A stretch of 64,000 nt of DNA from Ostreococcus lucimarinus (lineage: Eukaryota): the NCBI GenBank assembly GCA_000092065.1, contig CP000586.1; one strand, given 5' to 3'. Below, piece by piece: positions 18,297 through 27,029 of this stretch; the first letter of the stretch is position 1; the number at the start of each line of letters is the position of its first letter. The position numbers were made by a program, and so were the translations under genes. The notes under the pieces were generated by a model. The model was given only the letters and a program-made list of their open reading frames with translations, ran no database searches and was not told the origin of the DNA.

Positions 18297-20210
18297 ATGG
18301 CGACGCGACGCGACGGCGTCGCGCGGGCGGTGGCGCGCGCGGTGCGAAGTCGCGCGATGTGCGGCGCGATGACGGTGACGCGAGGCGCGGGCGAGGCGGG
18401 ACGCGAGGACGCGCGAGGGACGACGCGGGCGTTTCGCGCGACGGCGCGCGGCGAGCGGGACGAGGTCGAGCTCGAGGACGCGCGCGGTGAGTCGGCGACG
18501 CGACGTCCGATGGTGCCGTGGACGCGACAGGTGGTGTCTGGGGTGGAACTGCTGCGGTCGGGGAAGTATAACAAAGGGATGAGCTTCACGCGGGACGAAC
18601 GCGATAGGTTGAACTTGCGCGGGTTGTTGCCGCCGGCGGTGTTCGATCAGAGCGTGCAGGTCGAGCGCGTGATCGAGCGCTTGCGTCGGGTGACGAACGA
18701 CGTCGAAAAACATGCGTGGCTCGCGTCGCTGTACGAACGAAACGAGCGGCTGTTTTATCGCGTGGTGAAGGACCATTTGGAGGAGTTGTTGCCGATTTTA
18801 TCGGCGCCGACGGTTTGGCAAGTGTGCGCCGAGTTTGGTTTGATGTACAGACGACCGCGCGGGTTGTACATCTCCATCAAAGACCGCGGGTCCGTGTATA
18901 GGCTGTTGAAAAATTGGCCCGTGCGCGACGTCAAGGCGATCGTGCTCACGGACGGGCAACGCGTCACGGGACTCGGCGATTTGGGCGTCCAAGGCATGGG
19001 CACGGCGGTGGGCAAGTCGACGTTATTCACCGCGCTCGGCGGCCTCGACCCGGCGGACGTGTTGCCAATTTGTATCGATGTGGGTACGGACAACCAGGCG
19101 TTGCTCGAGGATAAGTTTTACATCGGTCTGAGGCAAAAGCGAACCGGCGGCGAGGAATACGACGACTTGCTCGACGAAGTCGTCTACGGGTTGAAGCGGC
19201 GTTTCGGCCCGCGCGTGTTGCTATGCTTCGAAGAATTTTCCAACAAGAACGCAAAGCGATTGCTTGATCGATACAACAGCAATTCTGTCGCGTATTGCGA
19301 TGATTTGCAGGGCATCGCTGCGACGACGTTGGCGGCGATTATCTCGGCGCTGCCGCAAATGGGCGGATCATTGAGAGAGCAGCGGTTTCTTTTCGCCGGC
19401 GCCGGGGAGACCGGTGCACACACCGCAGATTTATTGGCGACGTATATTTCGCAACAACACGGCATATCGTTGCCCGAGGCGCGAGAGAACATTTATTTCA
19501 TAGATAGAAAAGGTTTGGTGACGCGCGATCGGGCGCAACGCGAGGACGATTTGGAAATTCACAAACTACCCTACGCGCACGACATGGAAGGTGCGGCGTC
19601 CGTGCGCGAATCCGTCGAGCTCATCAAACCGACGGCGTTGATTGGCGTCCGTCGACACCGATTTTCCTTCTTCGAAGGCTCAGTGCTGAAGGATGAAAAG
19701 CTCTTCACCGAGGACGTGTTGCGCGCGATGGCGAAACATAGCGAGAAACCGCTCATCATGGCGCTTTCGCGACCGAGCGCGCTGCGCGAGTGCACGGCCA
19801 AGGAAGCGTACGAGGCGACGAACGGGAAGTGCATCTTCGTCGGCGGGTGCAAGTCGACGCCGTTCGAGTACGCGGGTAGAGAAATCGCGCCGTCCGAATG
19901 CAGCACCGAATACGTCTTTCCGGGATTGGGACTCGGCTTGACCATCGCCGAAGGCACGCGCGTGCGAGACTCTTTACTCATGGAAGCCGCCGAAGTCGTG
20001 GCCAACAGCGCCACTCCGGGCGATATCGCTCGCGGCGCCGTGTTCCCGCGAAAGCGCCACATTCCCGACGTCTCCGCGCGCGTCGCCGCGCGCGTCGCCG
20101 GTAAGGCGTTCGCGAGCGGTTTGTCCGCGCTCCCGGGCAAGCCCATGGACTGGCTTCGCTTGGCGAAATCGTGGATGTTCGACCCGACGTATCGCCCCTA
20201 CACGCCTTGA
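18297..20210 (+). CDS. ME: NADP-dependent malic enzyme with a transit-peptide-like N-terminus
   Basis: Full malic-enzyme N-terminal and NAD(P)-binding domains (RDERDRLNLRGLLPP, VLTDGQRVTGLGDLGVQGMG, FAGAGETGAHTADLL). The ORF-track start at 18054 is non-ATG. The first in-frame ATG is at 18297. Confidence 0.9.
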   Translation: MATRRDGVARAVARAVRSRAMCGAMTVTRGAGEAGREDARGTTRAFRATARGERDEVELEDARGESATRRPMVPWTRQVVSGVELLRSGKYNKGMSFTRDERDRLNLRGLLPPAVFDQSVQVERVIERLRRVTNDVEKHAWLASLYERNERLFYRVVKDHLEELLPILSAPTVWQVCAEFGLMYRRPRGLYISIKDRGSVYRLLKNWPVRDVKAIVLTDGQRVTGLGDLGVQGMGTAVGKSTLFTALGGLDPADVLPICIDVGTDNQALLEDKFYIGLRQKRTGGEEYDDLLDEVVYGLKRRFGPRVLLCFEEFSNKNAKRLLDRYNSNSVAYCDDLQGIAATTLAAIISALPQMGGSLREQRFLFAGAGETGAHTADLLATYISQQHGISLPEARENIYFIDRKGLVTRDRAQREDDLEIHKLPYAHDMEGAASVRESVELIKPTALIGVRRHRFSFFEGSVLKDEKLFTEDVLRAMAKHSEKPLIMALSRPSALRECTAKEAYEATNGKCIFVGGCKSTPFEYAGREIAPSECSTEYVFPGLGLGLTIAEGTRVRDSLLMEAAEVVANSATPGDIARGAVFPRKRHIPDVSARVAARVAGKAFASGLSALPGKPMDWLRLAKSWMFDPTYRPYTP

Positions 20211-20232
20211 GCGTCGATTCGTCTCGTCTCCG

Positions 20233-20279
20233 CGCGTTGTGATACCACTCGATTCACGCGCGTTGTGATACCACTCGCG
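20233..20279. repeat. 21-bp direct repeat CGCGCGTTGTGATACCACTCG twice, in the 90-bp spacer between the malic enzyme stop and the EMC10 start
   Basis: Two exact copies separated by 5 bp (GATTCA). Confidence 0.7.
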
Positions 20280-20300
20280 TGACGCGCCGCACACGCCGAC

Positions 20301-21173
20301 ATGCCGACGCGTCCTCGCGCGCGCGCGCACGTCCTCGCCGCGCTCGCGTGCGCGCTCGCGTGCGCGCTCAACCTCGCGCGCGCCTCCGACGTTTCGTTCA
20401 CCGCCGATGCGCGACGACGCGGCGGCGAAGAGATCTCTTTCCCGCTCGAACACTCCCTCGACGGCGTCGCGTTCGTCCACGCGGGCGTCGTCACGGGCAA
20501 GCTCGCGGTCGATCGGAACGACGCGAGGAACTTTAGGCTGAGCGCGCCGAAGGCGACGCGGGAACCGCTCGACGCGAGCGCGGCGGCGGCGCTGAACGCG
20601 CTGGCGGCGAGCGGCGGCGCGTACAGGATACGAGCGCCGAGCAACTTCGCGAGCGGTAGACCTGGATCGTACGTCATGGCGTCCCTACCGGCGCGGTGCG
20701 TGTTGGCGGCAAATTTGGCGGACGCGCTGACGGTGCACGCGGACGATCGAGGGAACGCGTACGGGATTGAATACGCGGCGGCGAACGGGGAATGCGACGC
20801 GCGCGACGAGGCGGCGACGACGAAACGCGCGAGCGCGGGTTCGAAGTTTAGGACGACGGTGTACGTGCGCGTGGGGAAAGATGCGCCAGGGCTAAATCCG
20901 GACGCGCCGACGGACGTGCGCGGCCACGGCTCGCCGGCGACGGATCGAAGTAAACGCGAGGCGGAACAGCGACGAAAGGCGCGCGAAGGCGGCGACGGGA
21001 AAAGTGACGGCGCCAAAGAAATACCGACGCAAATGACGTTCTTCCAGCGACACTGGTTGAAGATTATGTTTAGTAGCTACGTTTTTGCGTTTTTGTGCGC
21101 GCCGGCGGAGACGCGCGATACGCGCGCGGCGGCGCAACGAAGAGTCAACGCGGCGACGAAGAAACGACAGTAG
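20301..21173 (+). CDS. EMC10: ER membrane protein complex subunit EMC10-like (signal peptide, lumenal beta-rich domain, C-terminal TM)
   Basis: N-terminal signal peptide VLAALACALACALNLARA. The C-terminus FFQRHWLKIMFSSYVFAFLCA resembles the EMC10 FxKYWMYI...TM tail. Confidence 0.6.
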   Translation: MPTRPRARAHVLAALACALACALNLARASDVSFTADARRRGGEEISFPLEHSLDGVAFVHAGVVTGKLAVDRNDARNFRLSAPKATREPLDASAAAALNALAASGGAYRIRAPSNFASGRPGSYVMASLPARCVLAANLADALTVHADDRGNAYGIEYAAANGECDARDEAATTKRASAGSKFRTTVYVRVGKDAPGLNPDAPTDVRGHGSPATDRSKREAEQRRKAREGGDGKSDGAKEIPTQMTFFQRHWLKIMFSSYVFAFLCAPAETRDTRAAAQRRVNAATKKRQ

Positions 21174-21283
21174 CGGCGATGATGGTATACACAGCGCGTT
21201 ATTTTTAATCAAAACATCAGTTAGTCACCAATCAACCGACGGTGTTCGACCGACCGATGTCGCGCGCGCGCTGAGAGCAAAGC

Positions 21284-21784
21284 CTACGCCTCGCTCGTTT
21301 TCGGCTTGGAGCCCGCGCCGGTCTCCGCCAACCCGTTCAACTCCTCGTTCAACTTCTTCACGTTCTTCTCCACCCCACTCTCCGCTTGATCGCTGAAATT
21401 ATCGATCGCCGCGTTCAACGCCGCGATCTTATCGTTCAAATTCTGTCTCGTCACCTCCAGCTCGTCCTCGCTCTCGTCGTCCAGCGCCTTGTTCAGCGCG
21501 CGCTTCCCCCCCAGCAGCGTCTTGCTCAGTTGCGGCGCGAACAAGAACCCCAGCGCGCCGAACACCGCGCCACCGACGAGCAATCCACCGACGAATCCCT
21601 TCCCGCGTCCTTTGCGCTCCTCGAACTCGCTGCGCGCGCGCACGTCGCGCCGTCCATCGCCGATTCGCGCGCGCGCGAATCCAGCCCGCGGTCGTTCGCG
21701 CGCGCGATTCTCCCTCGCGCATCGCGCGCGCGCGGGCGTCGCGCGCGCGCGCGGCGCGTTCGCGCCGACGACACTCGCGCGCAT
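21284..21784 (-). CDS. small plastid-type membrane protein (presequence, one TM helix, coiled-coil tail; YtxH/DUF948-like)
   Basis: GFVGGLLVGGAVFGALGFLFAPQ helix followed by amphipathic ALNKALDDESEDELEVTRQNLNDKIAALNAAIDNF. The ORF-track start at 21877 is GTG. The first ATG gives MRASVVGA at about 21784. Confidence 0.45.
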   Translation of the reverse strand: MRASVVGANAPRARATPARARCARENRARERPRAGFARARIGDGRRDVRARSEFEERKGRGKGFVGGLLVGGAVFGALGFLFAPQLSKTLLGGKRALNKALDDESEDELEVTRQNLNDKIAALNAAIDNFSDQAESGVEKNVKKLNEELNGLAETGAGSKPKTSEA

Positions 21785-21885
21785 CGCTCTCGCGTCGCGC
21801 GCGCGCGCGGGCGTTCGCGCGGCGTCGTGTGACGCTCGGACGCCGCGCGTCGCGGCACCGAACGTTCGGGTCGCCACTCGCTCTC

Positions 21886-21900
21886 ACTGTTTACCCATAC
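21886..21900 (+). promoter_or_regulatory. ACTGTTTACCCATAC motif in the divergent promoter, 33 bp upstream of the LepA/GUF1 ATG
   Basis: Exact 15-mer shared with 18028..18042. Same orientation relative to the plus-strand gene in all three loci. Confidence 0.55.
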
Positions 21901-21932
21901 GTCGACGCGTCTAACCGCAGAAATCGACGCGC

Positions 21933-23933
21933 ATGGCGTCGCGCACGGCGTCGCCGCGCGCCGCGCGCGCGCCGTGCGTCTCGCGCGCGCCCACCTCGCC
22001 CACCGCGCGCGTCTCGAGGCGCGCGCGCGCGCGCCGGGCGTCGCGCGTGACGCCCAGCGCGACGCCGCCCAAGGCGCCGCCCAAAAACGAAGTCGCGCCG
22101 CCGACGCCCGGTCAGGTGCGCCAGGTGCCGCCGAGTCGCATACGAAACTTTAGCATCATCGCGCACATCGATCACGGGAAGTCCACGCTGGCGGACACGC
22201 TGCTGATGCGGACGAAGACGGTGAAGGAGCGGGACATGGTGAAGCAGGTTTTGGATAGCATGGACTTGGAGCGCGAGCGGGGGATCACGATCAAGCTGAA
22301 CAGCGCGCGGATGGATTACGTGGCGAGCGACGGGGAGCTGTACGTGCTGAATTTGATCGATACGCCGGGACACGTGGATTTTTCGTACGAGGTGTCGAGA
22401 TCGTTGGCGGCGTGCGAGGGGGCGTTGCTCGTGGTGGACTCGAGCCAGGGCGTGGAGGCGCAGACGGTGGCGAACGTGTACTTGGCGCTGGAGAATGATT
22501 TGGAGATTTTCACGGTGCTGAATAAGATTGATTTGGCGGGGAGCGAACCGGATCGGGTGAAACAGGAGATCGAGGACGTGTTGGGGTTGGACGCGAGCGA
22601 CGCGATTTTGGCGAGCGCGAAGGCAAACATCGGGATGGACGACATCTTGGAACGCATCGTGCAGGTGGTGCCACCGCCTCGCGACACCGCGAACGAACCG
22701 CTTCGGGCGTTAATCTTCGATTCGTATTTCGATCCCTATCGCGGTGTCGTCGCCGTGTTCCGAGTCATGGACGGGACGATGAAGACGGGGGACGCGATGA
22801 AGATGATGGCCACGGGCGCGACTTTCGCTGCGGATGAGATCGGCATCATGCGTCCAGACAAGGTGCCGGTGAAAGAGCTCGGCCCTGGTGAGGTCGGCTA
22901 CATCATCGGTGGCATCAAGTCAGTCGCGGATGCGCGCGTCGGGGACACGATCACGCTCTCAAAGAATCCCGCCGCCGAGGCGCTGCCGGGTTACTCAAAG
23001 TCGGTGCCGATGGTGTTCGCGGGAATCTTCCCCACCGATACCGATCGATACGATGACTTGCGCGAATCTCTCCAACGGCTGCAAATCAACGACTGCTCGC
23101 TGTCGTTTGAACCCGAGCAAAACAGCGCCATGGGCACGGGCTTTCGCTGCGGTTTCCTCGGGTTGCTTCACATGGAAATCATCCAAGAACGACTCGAGCG
23201 CGAGTATGATTTAGATTTGATCACCACCGCACCTTCGGTGGTTTACAACGTGTATAGAACAGATGGAACGATGGATTCGATATCCAATCCGGCGGACTTG
23301 TGCCCGCCAGAGCTTCGCGAACGAATCGAGGAACCGTACTGCAGATTGGACATGATCGCCCCTTCGGATTACGTGGGCACGCTCATGGAACTTGCGAGCC
23401 AACGGCGTGGAGAGTTCATCGACATGACGTACCTTTCCGAGACGCGTACCTCAATCAAGTACGACATACCTTTGGCCGAGGTCGTCACGAATTACTTCGA
23501 CGACATGAAGTCGCGTTCTCGCGGGTACGCCTCGATGGAGTACGCCATCACGGGGTACCGCCAGAGCGATCTCGTGCGCTTGGACGTCTTGATCAATCAA
23601 GAGCCGGCCGATCCGTTAGCGGTGATCACGCACCGCGACAGGGCATACAGCATCGGACGTCAGCTCGTCGACAAGCTCAAAGAGCTCATTCCCCGCCAAA
23701 TGTTTCGCATTCCGATTCAAGCCGCCATCGGCAACAAAGTCATCGCCGCCACTTCCATCTCCGCGATGCGCAAGGACGTCACCGCCAAGTGTTACGGCGG
23801 CGACATCTCGCGCAAGAAAAAGCTGCTCAAAAAGCAAGCCGCGGGTAAAAAGCGCATGAAGCAATTCGGCAAGGTGGAAGTTCCTCAAGACGCGTTTTTA
23901 GCCGTCTTGAGCGTCGACGGCGCCGCGGATTAA
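21933..23933 (+). CDS. GUF1: translation factor GUF1/LepA (EF4), organellar type
   Basis: G-domain motifs [21 protein letters not shown]. LepA-specific C-terminal domain (LepA_C), 666 aa. Confidence 0.9.
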   Translation: MASRTASPRAARAPCVSRAPTSPTARVSRRARARRASRVTPSATPPKAPPKNEVAPPTPGQVRQVPPSRIRNFSIIAHIDHGKSTLADTLLMRTKTVKERDMVKQVLDSMDLERERGITIKLNSARMDYVASDGELYVLNLIDTPGHVDFSYEVSRSLAACEGALLVVDSSQGVEAQTVANVYLALENDLEIFTVLNKIDLAGSEPDRVKQEIEDVLGLDASDAILASAKANIGMDDILERIVQVVPPPRDTANEPLRALIFDSYFDPYRGVVAVFRVMDGTMKTGDAMKMMATGATFAADEIGIMRPDKVPVKELGPGEVGYIIGGIKSVADARVGDTITLSKNPAAEALPGYSKSVPMVFAGIFPTDTDRYDDLRESLQRLQINDCSLSFEPEQNSAMGTGFRCGFLGLLHMEIIQERLEREYDLDLITTAPSVVYNVYRTDGTMDSISNPADLCPPELRERIEEPYCRLDMIAPSDYVGTLMELASQRRGEFIDMTYLSETRTSIKYDIPLAEVVTNYFDDMKSRSRGYASMEYAITGYRQSDLVRLDVLINQEPADPLAVITHRDRAYSIGRQLVDKLKELIPRQMFRIPIQAAIGNKVIAATSISAMRKDVTAKCYGGDISRKKKLLKKQAAGKKRMKQFGKVEVPQDAFLAVLSVDGAAD

Positions 23934-24342
23934 ACGCTCGGGTCGTCGACGCCGCGCCGCGACTCGACGCCACGCTCGACGCCACATTCCATCATTAATA
24001 TTTTCACTGTCATTCTTTTCGCTGTAATCGTCTTCCCTCCGCGTTCCACGCCGCTCGGATCGATTCGCCGCGCCGTCGTCGCCGCCCCGTCCAGTCAACC
24101 TCCAGTCGCGCCGACCACCGATCGCCCCACGCCCCATCGCGCGCCGCGCCATTCATCGTCGCGCGCGACCGCCGACGCGCCCGTCCGACGCGCGACGAAC
24201 CACCGTCGCGACGCCCGCGAGCCGCGCGCGCGCACCGTCGCGCGCGCGCCGTCGCGCGCGCGTAAAGTCGACGTCGTCGGCGATCTGACGGACGCGACGA
24301 CCGATCGATTCGACGCCGCCGCGCGCGCGCCGAGCGCTCGCG

Positions 24343-26055
24343 ATGTCCAACGCGGCGGAAGATTTGTTGAAGATGGACTCGCCGATCCGCGATCCGAGTC
24401 CCGAGGCCGACGCGTGGGCGCCGTCGGCGGAGGAGGAGAAGGCGAGCGAGAAGGCGAACGCGAACGCGAACGCGAACGCGAGACGGGAGACGACGCGAGA
24501 CGACGGCGCGAGACGCGATGAATCGCGGCGAGACGCGAGGACGGGTGTACGAGGCGATGGGCGACACGGGGGAGGACGCGGCGGGGGAGGACGCGGAAGG
24601 GGAGGAGACGACGGGGCGCGTCGGGACGACTCGCGAGGACCGCCGCCGGCGAGAGACGGACGGTACGGTCGCGGACCGCCGCCGAGAGATGGACGCGGGG
24701 ATCGATGGGGACCGCCGCCCGGGGATCGAGGCGCGCCGCCGCCGCCGGCGCGGGATGGATGGGGCGACGACAGGCGCGGGCCGCCGAGAGACTCGTGGGG
24801 ACCGCCGCCGCCGAGAGGTCCGCCGCCGTCGGGATATTACGACGATCGCGATAGGCGCGAGGATTCGTGGGGTCGCGGCGGCGTGCCGCGGCGACACGAT
24901 GACTACGGGCCTCCGCGTTCGGGGTACTACGACGATCGCGATCGGTACGACTCGAGAGGTCCGCCGCGTTCGGGGTATTACGACGACCGCGACAGGCGCG
25001 ACGACGGATACTATCGACGGTCGCCATCGCGCGGGCCTCCGCCGGGGCGCTACGACGACCGCGACCGCGATAGACGTGATGACCGTTACGATTCCCGTGG
25101 ACCACCGCCGCCGCGAGATGACGAGCCGGGGTACGTCATGAACACGAGAGGCAATAACGGTCTCGTCGTCGGGCCTCAAGGTTCGAACGTGAAACGCATC
25201 GAGGACGAGACAGGGGCGAGAGTAAAGTGCTTGAAAGATAAGACCACCGTGGAAATTTACGGCTCGCCCGAGGCCGTGCGCCGCGCGACGGACAAAATAA
25301 TCGATTTGCTCGAAGCGAAGAGTGGCGGCTCGCGAGATCGTCCTGGTGAAAAGCGTCGTCGCGACGACGACAGGTTCGGCGACGACAATAAACGCCCTAG
25401 GGGGGCGCAAAATGATTCACTTTTAGACTACCTTCGTTCATCCGCGGTTGAACTCGGGGTTTCGAAGGAGTTTCCGCCAGACTTCGTCGACGAATCAAAC
25501 GCGGACGAACAAGGTAACGTCGAGGAAACGGCGAGCATCACCAACTACGTCGGGCTCATCATCGGTAAGCAAGGTCGCATGCACTCTGAGATTCAACGCA
25601 TCGTGGACATCCCCATGACGATCAACAAGGAAGACGAGACCGTGACTTTCAAGGGACCGGCCGCGAACGTCGGGCGAGGTCTGGCGTTGATTCGCGAGGT
25701 GATTGAGTTGACGAACGCGGTGCGAGACGCTCGAAACGCGACTCGCGAACGCGACGACGTGGAAGAGACCATCTCCATCACCGGCAACGTAGGCGCCGTC
25801 GTGGGCAAACAGGGAAACACGGTGAAGCGCATCAAGTCACAGTTGCCCCGCTGCTTGTTCCAAGTTGATCGAAATTCTGAAACCGTCCTCGTTCGCGGCG
25901 CGCCGGAGATGGTCGAACTCGCGAAACGGCTGGTGAGCGAGGCGATTGAGAACGTCCAAGCGAGAGCGCGCGAACGTGGCGGTGACGTCGACGCGGATAT
26001 GGGCGGCGAAGCGCCGATGGAACAGGATCGCGACCTTCGCGAGCGGCTTGGATAA
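24343..26055 (+). CDS. KH-domain RNA-binding protein with an N-terminal RG/GPPP/YYDDRDR repeat region and three KH domains
   Basis: Three KH cores: VGPQGSNVKRIEDETGARV, IIGKQGRMHSEIQRIVDIPM, VVGKQGNTVKRIKSQL. The N-terminal low-complexity repeats include SGYYDDRDR three times and GPPPR units. Confidence 0.75.
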   Translation: MSNAAEDLLKMDSPIRDPSPEADAWAPSAEEEKASEKANANANANARRETTRDDGARRDESRRDARTGVRGDGRHGGGRGGGGRGRGGDDGARRDDSRGPPPARDGRYGRGPPPRDGRGDRWGPPPGDRGAPPPPARDGWGDDRRGPPRDSWGPPPPRGPPPSGYYDDRDRREDSWGRGGVPRRHDDYGPPRSGYYDDRDRYDSRGPPRSGYYDDRDRRDDGYYRRSPSRGPPPGRYDDRDRDRRDDRYDSRGPPPPRDDEPGYVMNTRGNNGLVVGPQGSNVKRIEDETGARVKCLKDKTTVEIYGSPEAVRRATDKIIDLLEAKSGGSRDRPGEKRRRDDDRFGDDNKRPRGAQNDSLLDYLRSSAVELGVSKEFPPDFVDESNADEQGNVEETASITNYVGLIIGKQGRMHSEIQRIVDIPMTINKEDETVTFKGPAANVGRGLALIREVIELTNAVRDARNATRERDDVEETISITGNVGAVVGKQGNTVKRIKSQLPRCLFQVDRNSETVLVRGAPEMVELAKRLVSEAIENVQARARERGGDVDADMGGEAPMEQDRDLRERLG

Positions 26056-26139
26056 ACAACAGAACTTACATTAGAGAGTCTTTCGTCGAGGAAATAACAA
26101 GAATATAACAACACGCACGCTCCGTCGGCGCGATTTCAA

Positions 26140-27006
26140 TCAAATATCAGGATAGTACTGATTGGCCGGAGTCGCGTAATGCGACTGCGCCGCAGACGCC
26201 TGGACCGCGGGCGCCGATTGCTGAAACATGATGACCGTATCGCGCTGCCCGCCGCGCCCTGGAACGTGAATTTGCGACGGCGCCGTCGGCTGCATCGCCA
26301 GAGGCGCCCGAGACGCCGGCGGATTTTCTTGGCACACCTCACCTCGTTGTTGCTGTCGCATCGTCAACTGACGCTGAATCGTCGCCTGTCGCTGAAACGG
26401 ATTAACAAACATCGCATGGCGCATGGAAACCTTCGAAGCCCTCGCGATCGCGAACACCCGACAAAACATCGCGCACGCGCCGAACGCCACCGAGAGCCCG
26501 ATCGGCATCGCGACTTCTTCAGCCGCGTCCTCCTTCCCAGACCCCCCACCTCGTTCAAACGTCACCTTCACGTTCGAATTACACATCGCATTACTCCCGA
26601 TTCCACCGATCGGCATCGTGCACTTTCCTCGCAAACACCGGCGTCCCCGCTCCGAAAACCGCTTCTCCCCGTCGCACTTCTCGGGATCGCTCCCATCGCA
26701 CGCCGCGCCCGCGCACGCCATCCCGCCCCCCACCGCCTGCGTCACGTCGCACGCCGTCGACGCGTGCTCGACGCCCGACGGATCGTCGCGCGCGACCCAC
26801 CGCACGGGGTCGTCGAACCCGCTCGGCACACGCGCTTCGTACTCGATCTTTTCGACGTCGTCGGCGCAGCACTCCCACGTCGCCTGCGGCGCCATCTGCG
26901 CGTGGTTCGTCGAGCCGTCCGCGACGCACGACGTCGCCGCCGCGCCGCGCCATCGCGCGAGCGCGACGAGCGCGACGAGCGCGACGAGTCGTCCGCGGCG
27001 TCCCAT
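26140..27006 (-). CDS. cysteine-rich type I membrane protein of unknown function (signal peptide, Cys-rich ectodomain, TM, Q/P-rich tail)
   Basis: Signal peptide LVALVALVALA. About 16 Cys in the ectodomain. TM helix IGLSVAFGACAMFCRVFAIA. The ORF-track start at 27018 is TTG. The first ATG is at 27006. Confidence 0.5.
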   Translation of the reverse strand: MGRRGRLVALVALVALARWRGAAATSCVADGSTNHAQMAPQATWECCADDVEKIEYEARVPSGFDDPVRWVARDDPSGVEHASTACDVTQAVGGGMACAGAACDGSDPEKCDGEKRFSERGRRCLRGKCTMPIGGIGSNAMCNSNVKVTFERGGGSGKEDAAEEVAMPIGLSVAFGACAMFCRVFAIARASKVSMRHAMFVNPFQRQATIQRQLTMRQQQRGEVCQENPPASRAPLAMQPTAPSQIHVPGRGGQRDTVIMFQQSAPAVQASAAQSHYATPANQYYPDI

Positions 27007-27029
27007 GATGCGACACAAAGCGTCGCGAA

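Noticed and set aside
24010-25410. 466-aa minus-strand ORF and the other R/P-rich ORFs overlapping the KH-protein gene
   Set aside because: Antisense shadow frames of the repeat-rich KH-protein N-terminus, with no domain content.
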